A stretch of 64,000 bases of DNA from contig OZ024742.1 in the NCBI GenBank assembly GCA_964016885.1, forward strand, positions 87,792,001-87,856,000, in the 5' to 3' direction. Shown piece by piece: positions 1 through 12,510 of the stretch. The stretch is from Eledone cirrhosa. Taxonomy: Eukaryota. The translations under genes and the position numbers were made by a program. Numbering within the stretch: position 1 is the first letter of the stretch; each line of letters begins with the position of its first letter. Below the pieces are notes generated by a model that saw only the letters and a program-made list of their open reading frames with translations, was not told where the DNA came from and ran no database searches.

Positions 1-35
1 CAGAAGATGGCAATACAAACACTCAGCAGAACCAT

Positions 36-602
36 GTGAAAGGAGGGAAGTGGGGAACCAGAGCCCACCCAAGAAACACAAACAGACCCAAGGACCCCCC
101 ACCGAGCATGGGGGAAGACCAACATGTAACACATAATGAGAACCCTAATATAGGCACGCAGAGGCCGACCACCCTCTGCAACGGCAGAAACCCCGAATCA
201 TGCCCCCTTGGTAATGAATGTCTCAAGAAAAACCTAGTGTACGGTTGTAGGGTTAAAACCCTCAACTCCGAACACCTCTACATAGGAGCCACATCAACGA
301 GCTTTAAGGACCGCTGGTACAACCATCGCCATTCATTCAAGAAGGAGGCCAAAAGGAAAAGCACAGCTCTCTCCGACCTGATCTGGAAGCTTAAGCTGGA
401 CAGGACCCCATACTCTCTGGCCTGGTACATAATCAGGAAAGTACGACCCGATAAAGGGGGATCTTGCATATGCAAACTATGCCTGAACGAGACCCTCGAG
501 ATACTAAGAGGTGGAAGCGGCCTGATAAACCTCAGAACCGACTTCTTCGGGACATGCAGACACCTTAGAGCCGGGACCTTTCTCAAGATATATGGACAGT
601 AG
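36..602 (+). CDS. C-terminal GIY-YIG endonuclease domain of a PLE polyprotein (5' partial)
   Basis: Motifs CPLGNECLKKNLVYGCRV, LYIGATSTSFKDRWYNHRHSF, STALSDLIWKLK, CKLCLNE, LINLRTDFFGTCRH; homologous to ORF 62400-62891. Confidence 0.85.
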   Translation: MKGGKWGTRAHPRNTNRPKDPPPSMGEDQHVTHNENPNIGTQRPTTLCNGRNPESCPLGNECLKKNLVYGCRVKTLNSEHLYIGATSTSFKDRWYNHRHSFKKEAKRKSTALSDLIWKLKLDRTPYSLAWYIIRKVRPDKGGSCICKLCLNETLEILRGGSGLINLRTDFFGTCRHLRAGTFLKIYGQ

Positions 603-1816
603 CAACACAAGAAGATGTGAACTCCCCTCAAGCTATAGGGTCTTCTACAGAACATGAAAACACCTCTCGGCCAGACCTCCCTCAAGCTATATGGGCAATA
701 ACAACACCCTAGGTTGTGAACTCCCCTCAAGCCACAGGGAACAACCCAGGCAGAGCAGAACCATGATAGCCTAGAGATAGAATCGGACACAGCCATAATA
801 ATTTGGCCAACATCTATAACACAAACACTTTTAATTTACCAGATTTCTGACTTTCAAGTTCCAATCTTAAATCTTGATTTCTCTTTATTAATTTGTTTTT
901 TTGTTTTCTGCCCTCTTCACTGTATCACCTTATATTTATTTTAAGTTGAGATAGATTATAACACAAACACATTGAATATCTCATCTTAACATCTTGTCTC
1001 ATACCAATCTATCCAACATATTCTGACCTTGAGATTGGTTATAGCACACACACACACACTTTATCCTACATTATTTCTCACCTCTCCATATACATTATCA
1101 TTACTTTTTCACCAATCTCTCATTTACTCTTTATTCTTTATTCTCTATTTATTTATTTATTTTCAAATTACACAAATTATATTAATTACTTTATTATATT
1201 ATTTATTTATTTTCTGTTTTCTTCATTTATTGCCATATATTTCTTCATATACATGAAATACCCCCCCCCCCCTCACACACACACCACCACTACTACGATG
1301 GTGGCGGGAGGGATGAAGAAAAAACACAAACTGGATACTTCTAAATTGTTAGCAGCAGCAAGATATAAGCTGACCACTACAACAACAACAGTACCAAAAT
1401 AATGGTGGAGGTCAAATGTACTGAACAATAGCAGGCAAAATCACTACAGGGAGCCTCACCCCAGAAAGAATTCTATAGACTTCTGACTGAGGAATGCTCT
1501 CAGAACTGAACAATGGGAAGTTTGACACTTTTTTAGTTATTTTGTTATTTTGTTCCTTTAACACCTTGTCCCTTCTACCATTTTATCAATTTTTAAGCTA
1601 ACTCCAACAATAACAACACTTACAATGAGGAATGTTCTAATAACTTACCAATGAGAGGAGAAGGGGACCTGTGACACTGAAATTCGTTTGTTTGAATTCA
1701 TATGACTCCAGTTCCCCAGTGAATTAACAACCCAACAAGGAACTGGGCATATCAGAGTATTGACAATATCATACACCTAAACAACATATGTACTTGTCTA
1801 TACCATACTAATTGAA

Positions 1817-1871
1817 ACTGCCTGAAGAGGTCACAGCCAAAGATGGCTGTCACTGAAATATATATAGCAGT
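1817..1871 (+). ncRNA. Type I hammerhead ribozyme (canonical core)
   Basis: ACTGC-CTGAAGA-GGTCACAGCCA AAGA TGGCTGTCACT-GAAA-TATATA-TA-GCAGT: stem I actgc/gcagt, long stem II, palindromic stem III; AATAAA at 1872-1877. Confidence 0.85.
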
Positions 1872-2012
1872 AATAAACGAAGCTAAATTTTAATCATTTG
1901 ACTTTTATTTAACTTTATTTTACACTACTCCGGAGTAACCAAACCAACCTGCGCACTTCGTCGAGTGCTCCAGCCTGCATACTGAGGTGTTGGTATACAA
2001 CCAACATAAACT

Positions 2013-2502
<490 letters not shown>

Positions 2503-2507
<5 letters not shown>

Positions 2508-3340
2508 GATACAACGATCAAATTTTAGTTGAGAACATTTATTAGCTGACAATTGTTTCTTCCAGAGGGAAGTCTGGGATCATGGGACATAAGGAAAGTT
2601 GAAAACATGTAACTAGAATCCTAGTCATTTAGAACATTTAGGGTACATAATTGTTATTAGTGTCAAAGGCATCATGTGGAGAGTCAGGAGTTAAAAAGAT
2701 GTTCCGCTTGAAATAACACAATTACAGGCAGCACTAGTTGGAAGTGTAATAAATAAAAGTAAGAAGTGAAAAGCAGAAGCAAAAAATTCACAATCAAAAC
2801 ACAAAGGCAAAGAAGTTATAAGCAAGGACAATTGGTGTACAATGCAGGAGTCAATACAGTCAACAAGGCATGTATGACGAAATAGTTATAATGAAGTTGA
2901 CATAAACATATTTTGTGTGGGGTGTTAACGCATATTATAATTGTTATAAATGTTTAAGATAGTGTGCAGTTTGTTAGAGAGGCAGGTAGTGATAACGTGG
3001 GTATTTGTTATGTAAGTTGTAATGCAAAGCACTAGATAGAGTTGGGTATGTGATTTTCATTTAAGTGTTTTTGTGTTGTAGTTCGTATTTATGTGCATGT
3101 GTTGTTTGTTACTCACAGCTATTAACCATGTCATTATTTTAAGTCGTTTATAGTCAATAAGTGTTTGTTTGTTAAATGTAAATTCTACCGAATAAGTGGC
3201 CATGTTGTTATTGTAGGTATATTATCTGATGCATTTTTATCTACAAATTATCTTTTCTAGGGTTTGTATTAACCGTTATTAAGTTGTTGGTGAACCATTA
3301 GAACACTGGAAGGTAATAACTGTAGTGGTAGAGCACTCAG
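2503..3340 (-). mobile_element. Probable PLE 3' UTR/pLTR remnant anchored on (TA)n
   Basis: Minus strand reads GAAACAATTGTC-AGCT-AATAAA (3' half of an HHR plus polyA signal) about 35 nt before the (TA)n tract; A/C-rich UTR-like composition; 5' half of the core not recognisable. Confidence 0.45.
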
Positions 3341-3381
3341 TCCATGGGACGAGTTAGGTACACAACAGTAGTTCACCTTAT

Positions 3382-3419
3382 CGAGAACAATTGTTTCACC
3401 TTAGCGGATCTCCAGCTCG
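3382..3419 (-). ncRNA. Minimal type I HHR (inverted pLTR copy, core mutated to CTGGAGA)
   Basis: Minus strand: CGAG-CTGGAGA-TCCGCTAAGGT-GAAA-CAATTG-TT-CTCG. Confidence 0.65.
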
Positions 3420-3481
3420 TAATGGACCTGGTTATACGGAACAGGAAGGAGAACCACACGAACGCGCATGCGCAGAAACGA

Positions 3482-4017
3482 AACAAACACAAAGTAAAAC
3501 TATGTTACTCCTGCGCTAAGAACATGAAGGCCCACATCACAAACACCCCTAAGAGCAACACCCCACCAGGGTGCTCTTGCCGTAAGCCCAAAGCTTGACC
3601 CTTCAACAGCAATGCAACAAACCCGCTGGAGTTTATGAAGTGGTGGTCACTTCCAACCGACCGAATGAACCACAGGAGGTCAAATCCTATGTGGGTATGG
3701 CGGAGGGCCGATTTAAGGAACGCTTCCTGAACCACCAATCGACCTTTAGGTACCCGGACAGACGTTCATCCACGAAACTCGCGAGTCACGTATGGTCCCT
3801 CAAGTACTCAATTATAGACTACTCCATTCAATGGAAAGCCGTCACTAAGTCCAAGTCATACGCAAGTGGCAATCCGTCGTGTAGACTATGTATTGATGAA
3901 CGAATACATTCTAAACAGATTACGCAATAGTGATTGCCTACACACGAGAATGAATTCTTCACACGTTGTCCACGTGTCTGGAAACACCTCTTACATAACT
4001 ACAAAGCTCCGGATTGA
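3482..4017 (+). pseudogene. Disrupted PLE linker plus GIY-YIG domain
   Basis: KVKLCYSCAKNMKAHIT, CSCRKPKA*/LQQQC, SYVGMAEGRFKERFLNHQSTF, STKLASHVWSLK, CRLCIDE; stop codons and frameshifts. Confidence 0.85.
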
Positions 4018-4169
4018 ATAACAACCACATCCTAATTTTCTTATTAACCAGAAACTTTCGAACTTACACCTCTCGCACACAATTTAGCATTGCCTGTGTG
4101 AAGTGATCGTTTCTGCGCATGCGCGTTCGTACTGTTGTCCTTCCTGTTCTGTATAACCATGTCCATTAC

Positions 4170-4205
4170 GAGCTGAGGATCCGCTAAGGTGAAACAATTG
4201 TTCTC
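4170..4205 (+). ncRNA. Minimal type I HHR with palindromic stem III
   Basis: GAG-CTGAGGA-TCCGCTAAGGT-GAAA-CAATTG-TT-CTC. Confidence 0.75.
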
Positions 4206-4293
4206 AGTATGGTCAACTAACTGTTGTGTAACAACTTATATATATATATATATATATATAGTTAAACGAATAGAGGTGTAACACACAAGTTAT

Positions 4294-4634
4294 TATATAT
4301 TGGTAAACGGAATAGAAAATGCTGACAAATTGTTCACAGTGAAAAATAGTTTAATTACGAATAAATGAGAATTAGTAATTGTATTGGTTAGTAATCAGAT
4401 TTGGTTTTAAGTTATACCGGTTGCGCATTTCTAAATGCCTTTCAAAAATAATTTTGAGATAGAGCGTATCTCAAAATTATTTTTGAAAAGCATTTAGAAA
4501 TGTGCAACCGGTAAAGCTTAAAACCAAAACTGATTACTAACCAATACAATTACTAATTCTCATTTATTCCTAATTAAACTATTTTTCACTGTGAACAATT
4601 TGTCAGCATTTTCTATTCCGTTTGCTAATATATA
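4294..4634. repeat. Fold-back palindrome (~165 bp arms, 5-nt loop) of a PLE-type 3' end, TA-flanked; carries an HHR-like variant
   Basis: Arms meet at gagata-gagcg-tatctc (4456-4472); a single arm recurs at 54241-54408. Confidence 0.9.
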
Positions 4635-4650
4635 TATATATATATATATA

Positions 4651-4850
4651 TTGTTATACTTTGGGAGGGTCATGTTGCTAATAAGAAACACACGCACCAG
4701 CAGTTTTCACTTCAATTTATTATAATAAATTGAAGTGAAAGCAGTTGGTGCGTGTGTTTCTTATTGGCAAAATGACCCTCCCAAAGCATAACAATATCGG
4801 TTTCAACACCTGTTTTCAGATAAAGAATCTTGCTAACAAATTCAAAAACG

Positions 4851-4853
<3 letters not shown>
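4651..4853. mobile_element. Fold-back pLTR end of the 15181-19125 PLE family plus ~57 bp tail, between (TA)n tracts
   Basis: 4651-4722 nearly identical to 15181-15252; palindrome centred near 4722; tail encodes MTLPKHNNIGFNTCFQIKNLANKFKNE. Confidence 0.85.
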
Positions 4854-4944
<91 letters not shown>

Positions 4945-5702
4945 ATATATATTTATAGCATATAATATGGTGATCATTCTAATTCTTGATTTTTTTATTG
5001 TGTAGTGAATCATTGGGTTCGTGAGCTGGTTAACTTACTGGACATTTCATGGAAATTCCACACGTTCCCTGATATAGCATGTTCATTATCAAAATGTTCC
5101 TTTCTCATTTATAGTTGATACGTTTCAGGTTCCCTTGCAGCGTTGGTTTGGGTATTTTTTAAAGGTAATAAGCCTACATTGATATACTATACAGCTTATA
5201 CTGTTAATTAGACAGATTTATTCATGTGAACAGTTTATTTAAATTTCATAGAAGCATTGTTGCATATTAAAAGGCCTATGGTTATTTCCCTTATTCTCAA
5301 ATGATTATTCAGTTTTCTATGATGTTTATTTTCGGTAGACCCTGTATTACAATTATTCTCTGCGTTAACAAAAATATTTCCTATGAACTCAGAAGATCTA
5401 TCTAAATAAGCAACCTTCGTAATTATGTTGGTATTGCTATTAATATTTATAATGGGGTTTAGTGAGTTCGTGAACTGTGTAGTATTGAATAATTAAGATA
5501 TGCTCGGCGTTAAGAATTGAGTTAATCTCGGGTGCTTTATTAATTTTGACTCTTAAAATGTTTGCTGCATTTATGCTCCGCTTTAGACAATGTGAAATAG
5601 GATACATTTCCATTCTTCAACACACAGACACAGACGTGCGGGCGCGCGCGCACACACATACACTCACACACAAACGCTCATATATATATGTATATATATA
5701 TA

Positions 5703-5807
5703 TAATGTAGGAAATGTGGTAAGGAACCAGATGCACCATAACGCACCAAAGTACTCAATAGTTAGGGTAGTAGAGTGGGTAATAGTTAGGGTAGTAGAGT
5801 GGGTAAT
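5703..5807 (-). repeat. Short TA-anchored dispersed repeat (second copy 57281-57361) with an internal 24-bp duplication
   Basis: ggaaatgtggtaaggaacca...caccaaagtactcaata.ttagggtagtagagt.ggtaata shared between both loci; strand inferred from the TA anchor. Confidence 0.7.
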
Positions 5808-5840
5808 ATGTATATATATATATATATATATATTTATGTA

Positions 5841-5914
<74 letters not shown>

Positions 5915-6178
5915 TAGTATATATATATATATATATAATATATATACATATATATATACATATATATATTTCGTTTCTGACCCTCCCAAAGTATAACAAT
6001 ATATATATATATATACATACATACAGGTATACATACATATATATTTACGTTCCTTATATATATAAAGATACACACATAAACACACGCACATGCTCACACA
6101 CTAACACACACATACGCGGGCACACATACACACACTCACATAACTATATATATATATATGTGTGTGTGTATATATTCG

Positions 6179-6221
<43 letters not shown>

Positions 6222-6898
6222 ATTACTTACATATAATTATAGCGTCAGATTTGTATTGAAGTTAATAACTCCTAAATTAATTCTCTCTGATGCAACGATA
6301 TCGAATTTATTGAAAATTCAACTGACGAATAGATTATACACGAAATTAATAATATTTGAAAAAAAAAAAATTGAAAATGTTAATAGTATTAATACTTTCC
6401 TCTTTAAAATAAAGTGCAACAATTTCCGTAATATCGATTATTTTTTCTAAACACTGCACAGAATGTCAAACTCAAAACCTTCTATGAAAACGAATATTCG
6501 TTTTTAATAAATTGTTTCATTTCTTTAGAATATATCTAATTTGATCTATAAAGTGAAAAAGTGTATATAAATCCTTTTTTCTCTCTTTCTAGTTTAAATT
6601 TTAAAATGAATTAGGGGCGTCTTATTAATCTCCCATTACTTTTCTTTCGTAACATACGAGATCATCTTTTCATCTCATCTTTCAGTAATCACTACAATAA
6701 AACGCAACACGTGGGATCAATTTATTTGAGTAAGCACACATCCCAAATAAATAGCATTCATAGAACCAGCGTTAAAAATCAATATTTTTATGAATGTATG
6801 AGAAGGCTCTTTGTTTCACTCATCCCATGTTTTACTTCCACATTCTGTATTTAAACCTTTAGCATTCGCATTAATTTTCAAACGTTATGCTTATCTGT

Positions 6899-7000
6899 GC
6901 CGAGGTTAACTTTGCCTTTCATCCTTACGGGGTCTATAAAATAAAGTACCAGTGATACACTGGAAAAAATTGGCCTTGTGCCAAAAGTAGAAACAATTAT
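6899..7000 (+). mobile_element. tRNA-derived SINE (octopus OK-like), 3' half
   Basis: gccgaggttaactttgcctttcatccttacggggtctataaaataaagtaccag...ggccttgtgccaaaagtagaaacaattat. Confidence 0.85.
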
Positions 7001-7059
7001 TTTCAGTTAATCATACTCAAGAGGGTTATCAATTTTATTTGTTTGTAATTTTCTTAATT

Positions 7060-8126
7060 TTCTATGTGCAGGCTTGACATTTTGTCAGTAGATGTTTAAA
7101 TATCAATAACTTACTATTATATAATTTTACCTGATTTCTTTGGTCACATTTGACTTTTATGGGTAGCTGAAATTAATTAATAGGGGAATTTGAAGTATCA
7201 ACTAGGTGCATATACTAGTTTAATTTTAAATACGTTGTTTTCGGCATAAAACTTGATATATGAGAATCACTAAACCTTATATGAGTGTTCCGGTAATTCC
7301 ACAGTTTTGGAAATTGTATAATACCGAACATAATATTTATAGTAAACAATGCTTGCAATATCTGTGGGTCGCCAAACAGATCGGGTTTTCCTCGATTTGA
7401 AATCTGTTGTTGGGCATATCGATTAATCTCTTCTGCCACAACTTCGAAGAACGTTTGTGGTAAAAACAAAAAGAAATAATCCAGTGCTTTTACATCGGGA
7501 GATAGTGTGTTGTGTATCAGTACTTTGAATAACATCGGGAACATATATTAGTGTGGTATTTTTCAACCCCGTTGCTGTAATATTTTCAATGGTGCCCTGG
7601 AGTCTCCTTCGTTTTCACTTTCAATAAAACAATCATCGTCGGACGAAATTTCAGAAATGTAAACATCAGATTCATATGAAGATATATCAGTAATATTATC
7701 GTTTGTTTTTTGTTTATTCTGAATGTCGTCGTGTGTAAAATCTTCAAAGTCGGTATCGCTACTCTCGTAAGCCATGTTGTTACACAAAAATGTAAAAAAA
7801 AAACACTTGTTGCTTTAAGTTGTTCCACTATATTAAGTGTTAAGTTTCGCGGTAAGGGCCTAATCTCGCAGCAGTCTCGAATTCACCAGATTTTGATGAT
7901 GGTTTGTTTATTTTTAGAACGATGTTTTAGTGTGGGTGGTTTCGGGCGATTTCGGGCGGTTTGAACAAATGAAGGCGAAATAATTTCGGGAGATTTCGGG
8001 CGGTTTGAACACTAAACAGATAAATCAAAACGCCGACATAAGCCATCGATGTAGTCAATGGGAAAGTCAATGGCCGATATAGATTTCCAGCTGTGACGTC
8101 GCTACGCATTTCTACAGCCGCGTTAA
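7060..8126 (-). mobile_element. piggyBac-like DNA transposon relic (N-terminal part of transposase, frameshifted)
   Basis: Acidic N-terminus (ORF 7563-7787) followed by ALDYFFLFLPQTFFEVVAEEINRYAQQ...LQALFTINIMFGIIQFPKLWNY (ORF 7215-7544), typical of piggyBac/PGBD transposases; boundaries approximate, TTAA at 8123-8126. Confidence 0.7.
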
Positions 8127-8164
8127 CTGAAGCACATGAACAAAAGTATTTTCCCCAATAACAC

Positions 8165-8640
8165 AATGTAGACAAAACAAAAATACACCTGTTAGCAATC
8201 CTCCTCCGATTTCTTGAAGACCTGCACAGTGTCAATATTTGGTCGGATGTGCTGCGTCCGGAGTGAAAACCACTCATCAGCTAACTTGGAGACGCTAATC
8301 TCCCTGCATCTCTTTATCAGTCACTTATCATAGACTTTACCGAGGTGTCTGCACTGGATTTTCATGTTAACAAAGAAGCTGTGCTGTTATCTCAACAAGC
8401 TAGTTATCTGCAACTTGAGAATATCTGCAGCCAAGGATGCCCAGAAAGGTTACAGGTCCAAGGCGACCTACATGATCAGTTGGGAAGCATTGCTAGAAGA
8501 GGATGTCAAGACCAGGTATGAATATACTATTACATCCACATTCAGAGAGATCTCTGAGCAAACTGAAGATGTTGAGACAGAGTGGAAATTGTACATGCAG
8601 CATTTTCTGCTCAGATTTTAAATGCTGTGGACGAGAGTGG
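8165..8640. mobile_element. RTE-clade LINE fragments in opposite orientations
   Basis: Minus strand SGFHSGRSTSDQILTL...CIFV (RT motif GFRxGRSTxDQIFxL); plus strand ISWEALLEEDVKTRY...TEDVETEWKLY (EN-RT linker). Confidence 0.7.
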
Positions 8641-8922
8641 CTTGCTGTTGCGGTGTTGATTTGGGATTCACAGAAACCTACCGGAGATATTGCATAATGT
8701 CGACTGGATGGTCCAGGTTTGTCAAATTATACTGAGTTGGTTTTCTTGTTGCGTTGGTCCTTGCGGATGGCTCACCGGTCGCAGTCTTTAATTTGTCAAG
8801 CCGTCTAAACTTATGTTATTACTTTAAGGTAAAACTACATTATTGTGTGCTTAGCTGCACATTCCGGATTGCATTCATTAGCTTGGGCGCAGCCAGAGCT
8901 TCGATTCTACTGTACTTCCATT

Positions 8923-8963
<41 letters not shown>

Positions 8964-8969
<6 letters not shown>

Positions 8970-9266
8970 AAACGAAAAATCAGTGATGCATCTGAACTGA
9001 ATTTATTGTGTTACAATTGTTTCGCCGGTGGACAGCTCGAGATGCGATTATTGTGGGGATCTGTCTGATTCTGGATCGGCAGGTTCGACGTACACATCTA
9101 ATGATTAAGGATCATATTATCACACTCGGTTATCTGACCCTATGGGCCAGTACCGTCAAAAAGTTCATCCTCTTCGTGTGTCCAGTGATTGGCCGATGGT
9201 TGTCTACATCATCATAATACTGACCACAGGTATCATTCCGCTACACTTCAATGAATTACTGCTGTG
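8964..9266 (-). repeat. Dispersed TA-anchored repeat (family E), copy 1, with HHR-like topology
   Basis: Reverse-complement match to 12951-13256; minus strand ends GAAACAATTGTA-ACACA-ATAAA...cgttttatatta(TA)n. Confidence 0.7.
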
Positions 9267-9729
9267 TTTGGTAGTTCACACACACACACACACCCACACA
9301 CACAATCACATAGGTAATGAGAGTCGTACGCATAGACTCCCGCTGTAACAACACATTAAGGAGACCATATAAACATATAAACGTACGCATACATTCATCC
9401 AGAGGAGCACATGCCCACAAGCCTATATACATCAACACGCGCACACACATGTTAATACATATGCCTACGCGTATATACACACAAACACGTACAGACATGT
9501 AAATATACCCCCGCCCCCCAACCACCCCTCCACCCACGATCACACACATACACGCACGTACCCATATATACACGCACAGACACACACTCGCTCGCTAACA
9601 CGCATATATATATACACACACACACACAAACAAGCCATTTCCCTACAGGGGTGCTTGTACACACACACACTGGCCCATATACACTCTTACAAATATGCCC
9701 ATATTCCTATACATCCCCACGCACGCACA

Positions 9730-9830
<101 letters not shown>

Positions 9831-9984
9831 CATACATATATATACATATATATATACGTAAACAGTATATACACACAGAGTCATAAAGACAGACAATGGG
9901 TCGTACACGAAAGGATGCATCTTGTACACATATAAAAATTACATATGTACACACACACACACACACACACACCCGTACACACAC

Positions 9985-10017
<33 letters not shown>

Positions 10018-12510
10018 CTAGCAGAAGTACCCGGCGTTGCCCGGGTGTAAGTCGACCTTTGGTCTGTTAGAATGTGTGAAAGTCACTTCCCGCGCATCAC
10101 AGGTTCAAAACTTCGAAGTTCAATGAAAAAAAATAGGTTAGTAGACACAGGTGTGTAATTTATTAATTGTAGTTACACAGTGTATCGTTGAAATTGTTCT
10201 CTGCACGAATGACGGAAGTCAAAATCGCTTGATATTGAATGTTCAGTTAATTTAAAGAAGGGTGAAAATGTCGATTACTTTCAGGTTTGTTTTTTTTTAC
10301 AATTTTTGCGCTCACATGTGCAGAAGGAGAATTAAAAGGGCCTTTATTTTAACCGCGGCATAATGGCGAGTCTTTTGTGACAGTTTTCAAGAATATAGGA
10401 CGTACCTGTAAAAAGTGTTCCCATGTATTACTTTGCCTTGTTTTTTTTTCGCAAAGTCGAGCCCCGCTTCAGTTTTATTGATTTTTTACATCACTGCGTG
10501 ATCTCTAAAGTAGATTTGAGTAGCTAAAAACCTGTCCCGGTAAATGTGCTATAGGTGAAAAAAAGTTGATCAAAATTGTATCTAGGGTTATTGCCCTTTG
10601 CCACAGCCTCAAGCCTCATCTGACGGGATGTTGGTGATTTCGCCGTCAGCGCTTGTTGACGATGAAGGCGAACATCAGCAAGCCTTGTCGTACGTGATGT
10701 TGGTGACTCAACCAGCCGGGAAAGGCGTCTATCAGCGAGTCAAGATTTGTTTCTTAGAGAAAATTAATTAATTCTACTGGTTAGCTAAGCCAATGGCAGT
10801 GTCAATAGTAAATGAGAAAAGTGTAACATGAACAAAAGGGAATCAAGGTAAGACAATAAATTTAATATAACTACGATTAGAATGTTGTAGTTGCTTAAAC
10901 GTGGTGACAGTTAGGATAAACGCTGTACTTGCTAACATTAAGGGAGAATATTGCATAAAGGATTAATCAATTGTGAATGAACTCATACCTGAGAACGCCT
11001 AACTCGTTGTCTCAAAGCAGTAGTTGGACCTTTTTTGGAGGTAAGTCTTGAACGTTTCCGTGTGGGCATAACGACGTGTAACGAAGCTGTAAGGTTAGAG
11101 AGAGGTGATTAAATACAGAGAGATATGACACCAGATTCGTTAGCATAGTTACTGGTGAATTGGAAGGTTTGGAAATATGATTACAATAACTTACCGAAAT
11201 TTCCGGTCTATAAATTGTACTTAAAATAATTAAATTTAATAAAGAAAACAGCTCTGCGCTTTATACTCCGATGAGCCTTATGTATAAATAATACAATGGT
11301 AATCATTCACGGCTCTAACAGAGTAATAGATCTAGACTAAAAGTAAAGAAGATAGCATTTTCCTGGTTGGCCTTACACGCCGTTGCGCGGACCTGTTTTT
11401 AAATGATACGCCTTATATCCTGGTGAGACTTATAGAGCGGAAAATATATATTGGAAAATAATACGAATTCATAACCAAGGTGTGACAAAATAGGCGTCTA
11501 TACAGCGCCTGAAACAAACTTGTCCAAAACCCTAGGATTTTTCTCGTTAAGTATCCACCCAAAAGGAACCGTTTTTTAGTTACAAAAAATAACCAAAGTG
11601 TATAGTAGCTATATTTCTGACATATCATGCCAAAAAGAACAATATATTCAATAAATGTTCTAAAGTACATTCAATCTTTCTTTTTGACCGATATCTTAAT
11701 AAGCAAGTTATCGATTTTGTATTGGCTGTCAGTGTCTATCTGCATGCAGGTGTGCACGTGTGCGCAATTAATTGCAAATACGCTCATAACATTTAGTCGT
11801 AAGCAGAACAAAAAAATGCCATTAGAGGTGGGCTAATAATGAAGACACAAACCCTGGTGAACTTACGTTTAAACACCCGAAAAGTTACTCACTCCCTGTG
11901 CAAAAGACTGTATTATAAATTAAGTAATTTTTTAGAATCTTTTGTTTAAAAAAGGAAAACATTGGTACGGACGTAACATTTTTTACAACTTTGTATGTTT
12001 ACAATACAACTTGGTCAACGTATTATTTAGTAATTTTTTTTTTCAAAAAGCATGATTATTTAAGTCTGTTTGAAAATTTACTCACAGCTTTTAGCATCAC
12101 AAAAGACACCATTAAATTTGGTTCCGTTTTCAGATAGGGATAATACTCTATTTCCATTTGAATAAGGTGGAATATGAAAAGATAAACTCTTTAATGGTCG
12201 GTCGTTTACTAAGACAGCTGGGAAGACATGCAGCTAGCCGTCCAATCAATAACGCATGTCCTTATAAGGGAATATGAAATTTATTTTTATTGCGCCAGAT
12301 GTAAACTAAGACTTATTGTGTTCGAATTCACATAAAATTTCATTGGAATCGTAAAACATTCTGTCATAGGGCCCGATTATCGATTTTTCGAAAATTTCAA
12401 GTAGCCTATTCCACTCTACGCGTTGAGCTTTATATATGTGTGAGGTTTCATGAACATTGGATGAACGGTGTAGCATGCAAGTTCGGAACACCAAACAATG
12501 TCCATCTTCC

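Larger units (their letters stand above)
1..2016 (+). mobile_element. 3' part of a Penelope-like element (Hydra-type): GIY-YIG end, long 3' UTR/pseudo-LTR with HHR, ending in (TA)n
   Basis: GIY-YIG ORF 36-602, HHR at 1817-1871 followed at once by AATAAA, then (TA)n from 2017; the element runs off the left edge of the window. Confidence 0.8.
3352..4237 (+). mobile_element. 5'-truncated Hydra-type PLE with inverted pLTR copy at its 5' end
   Basis: 3352-3481 is the reverse complement of 4107-4237; a GIY-YIG remnant lies between them; 3' end abuts (TA)n. Confidence 0.85.

Noticed and set aside
3596-3598. TGA at the position of a conserved Cys in the PLE CxCx5Cx5C motif (possible selenocysteine, as known for some Naiad PLEs)
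   Set aside because: It coincides with a 1-nt frameshift in a copy with other lesions; the homologous ORFs have ordinary Cys codons and no SECIS was recognised
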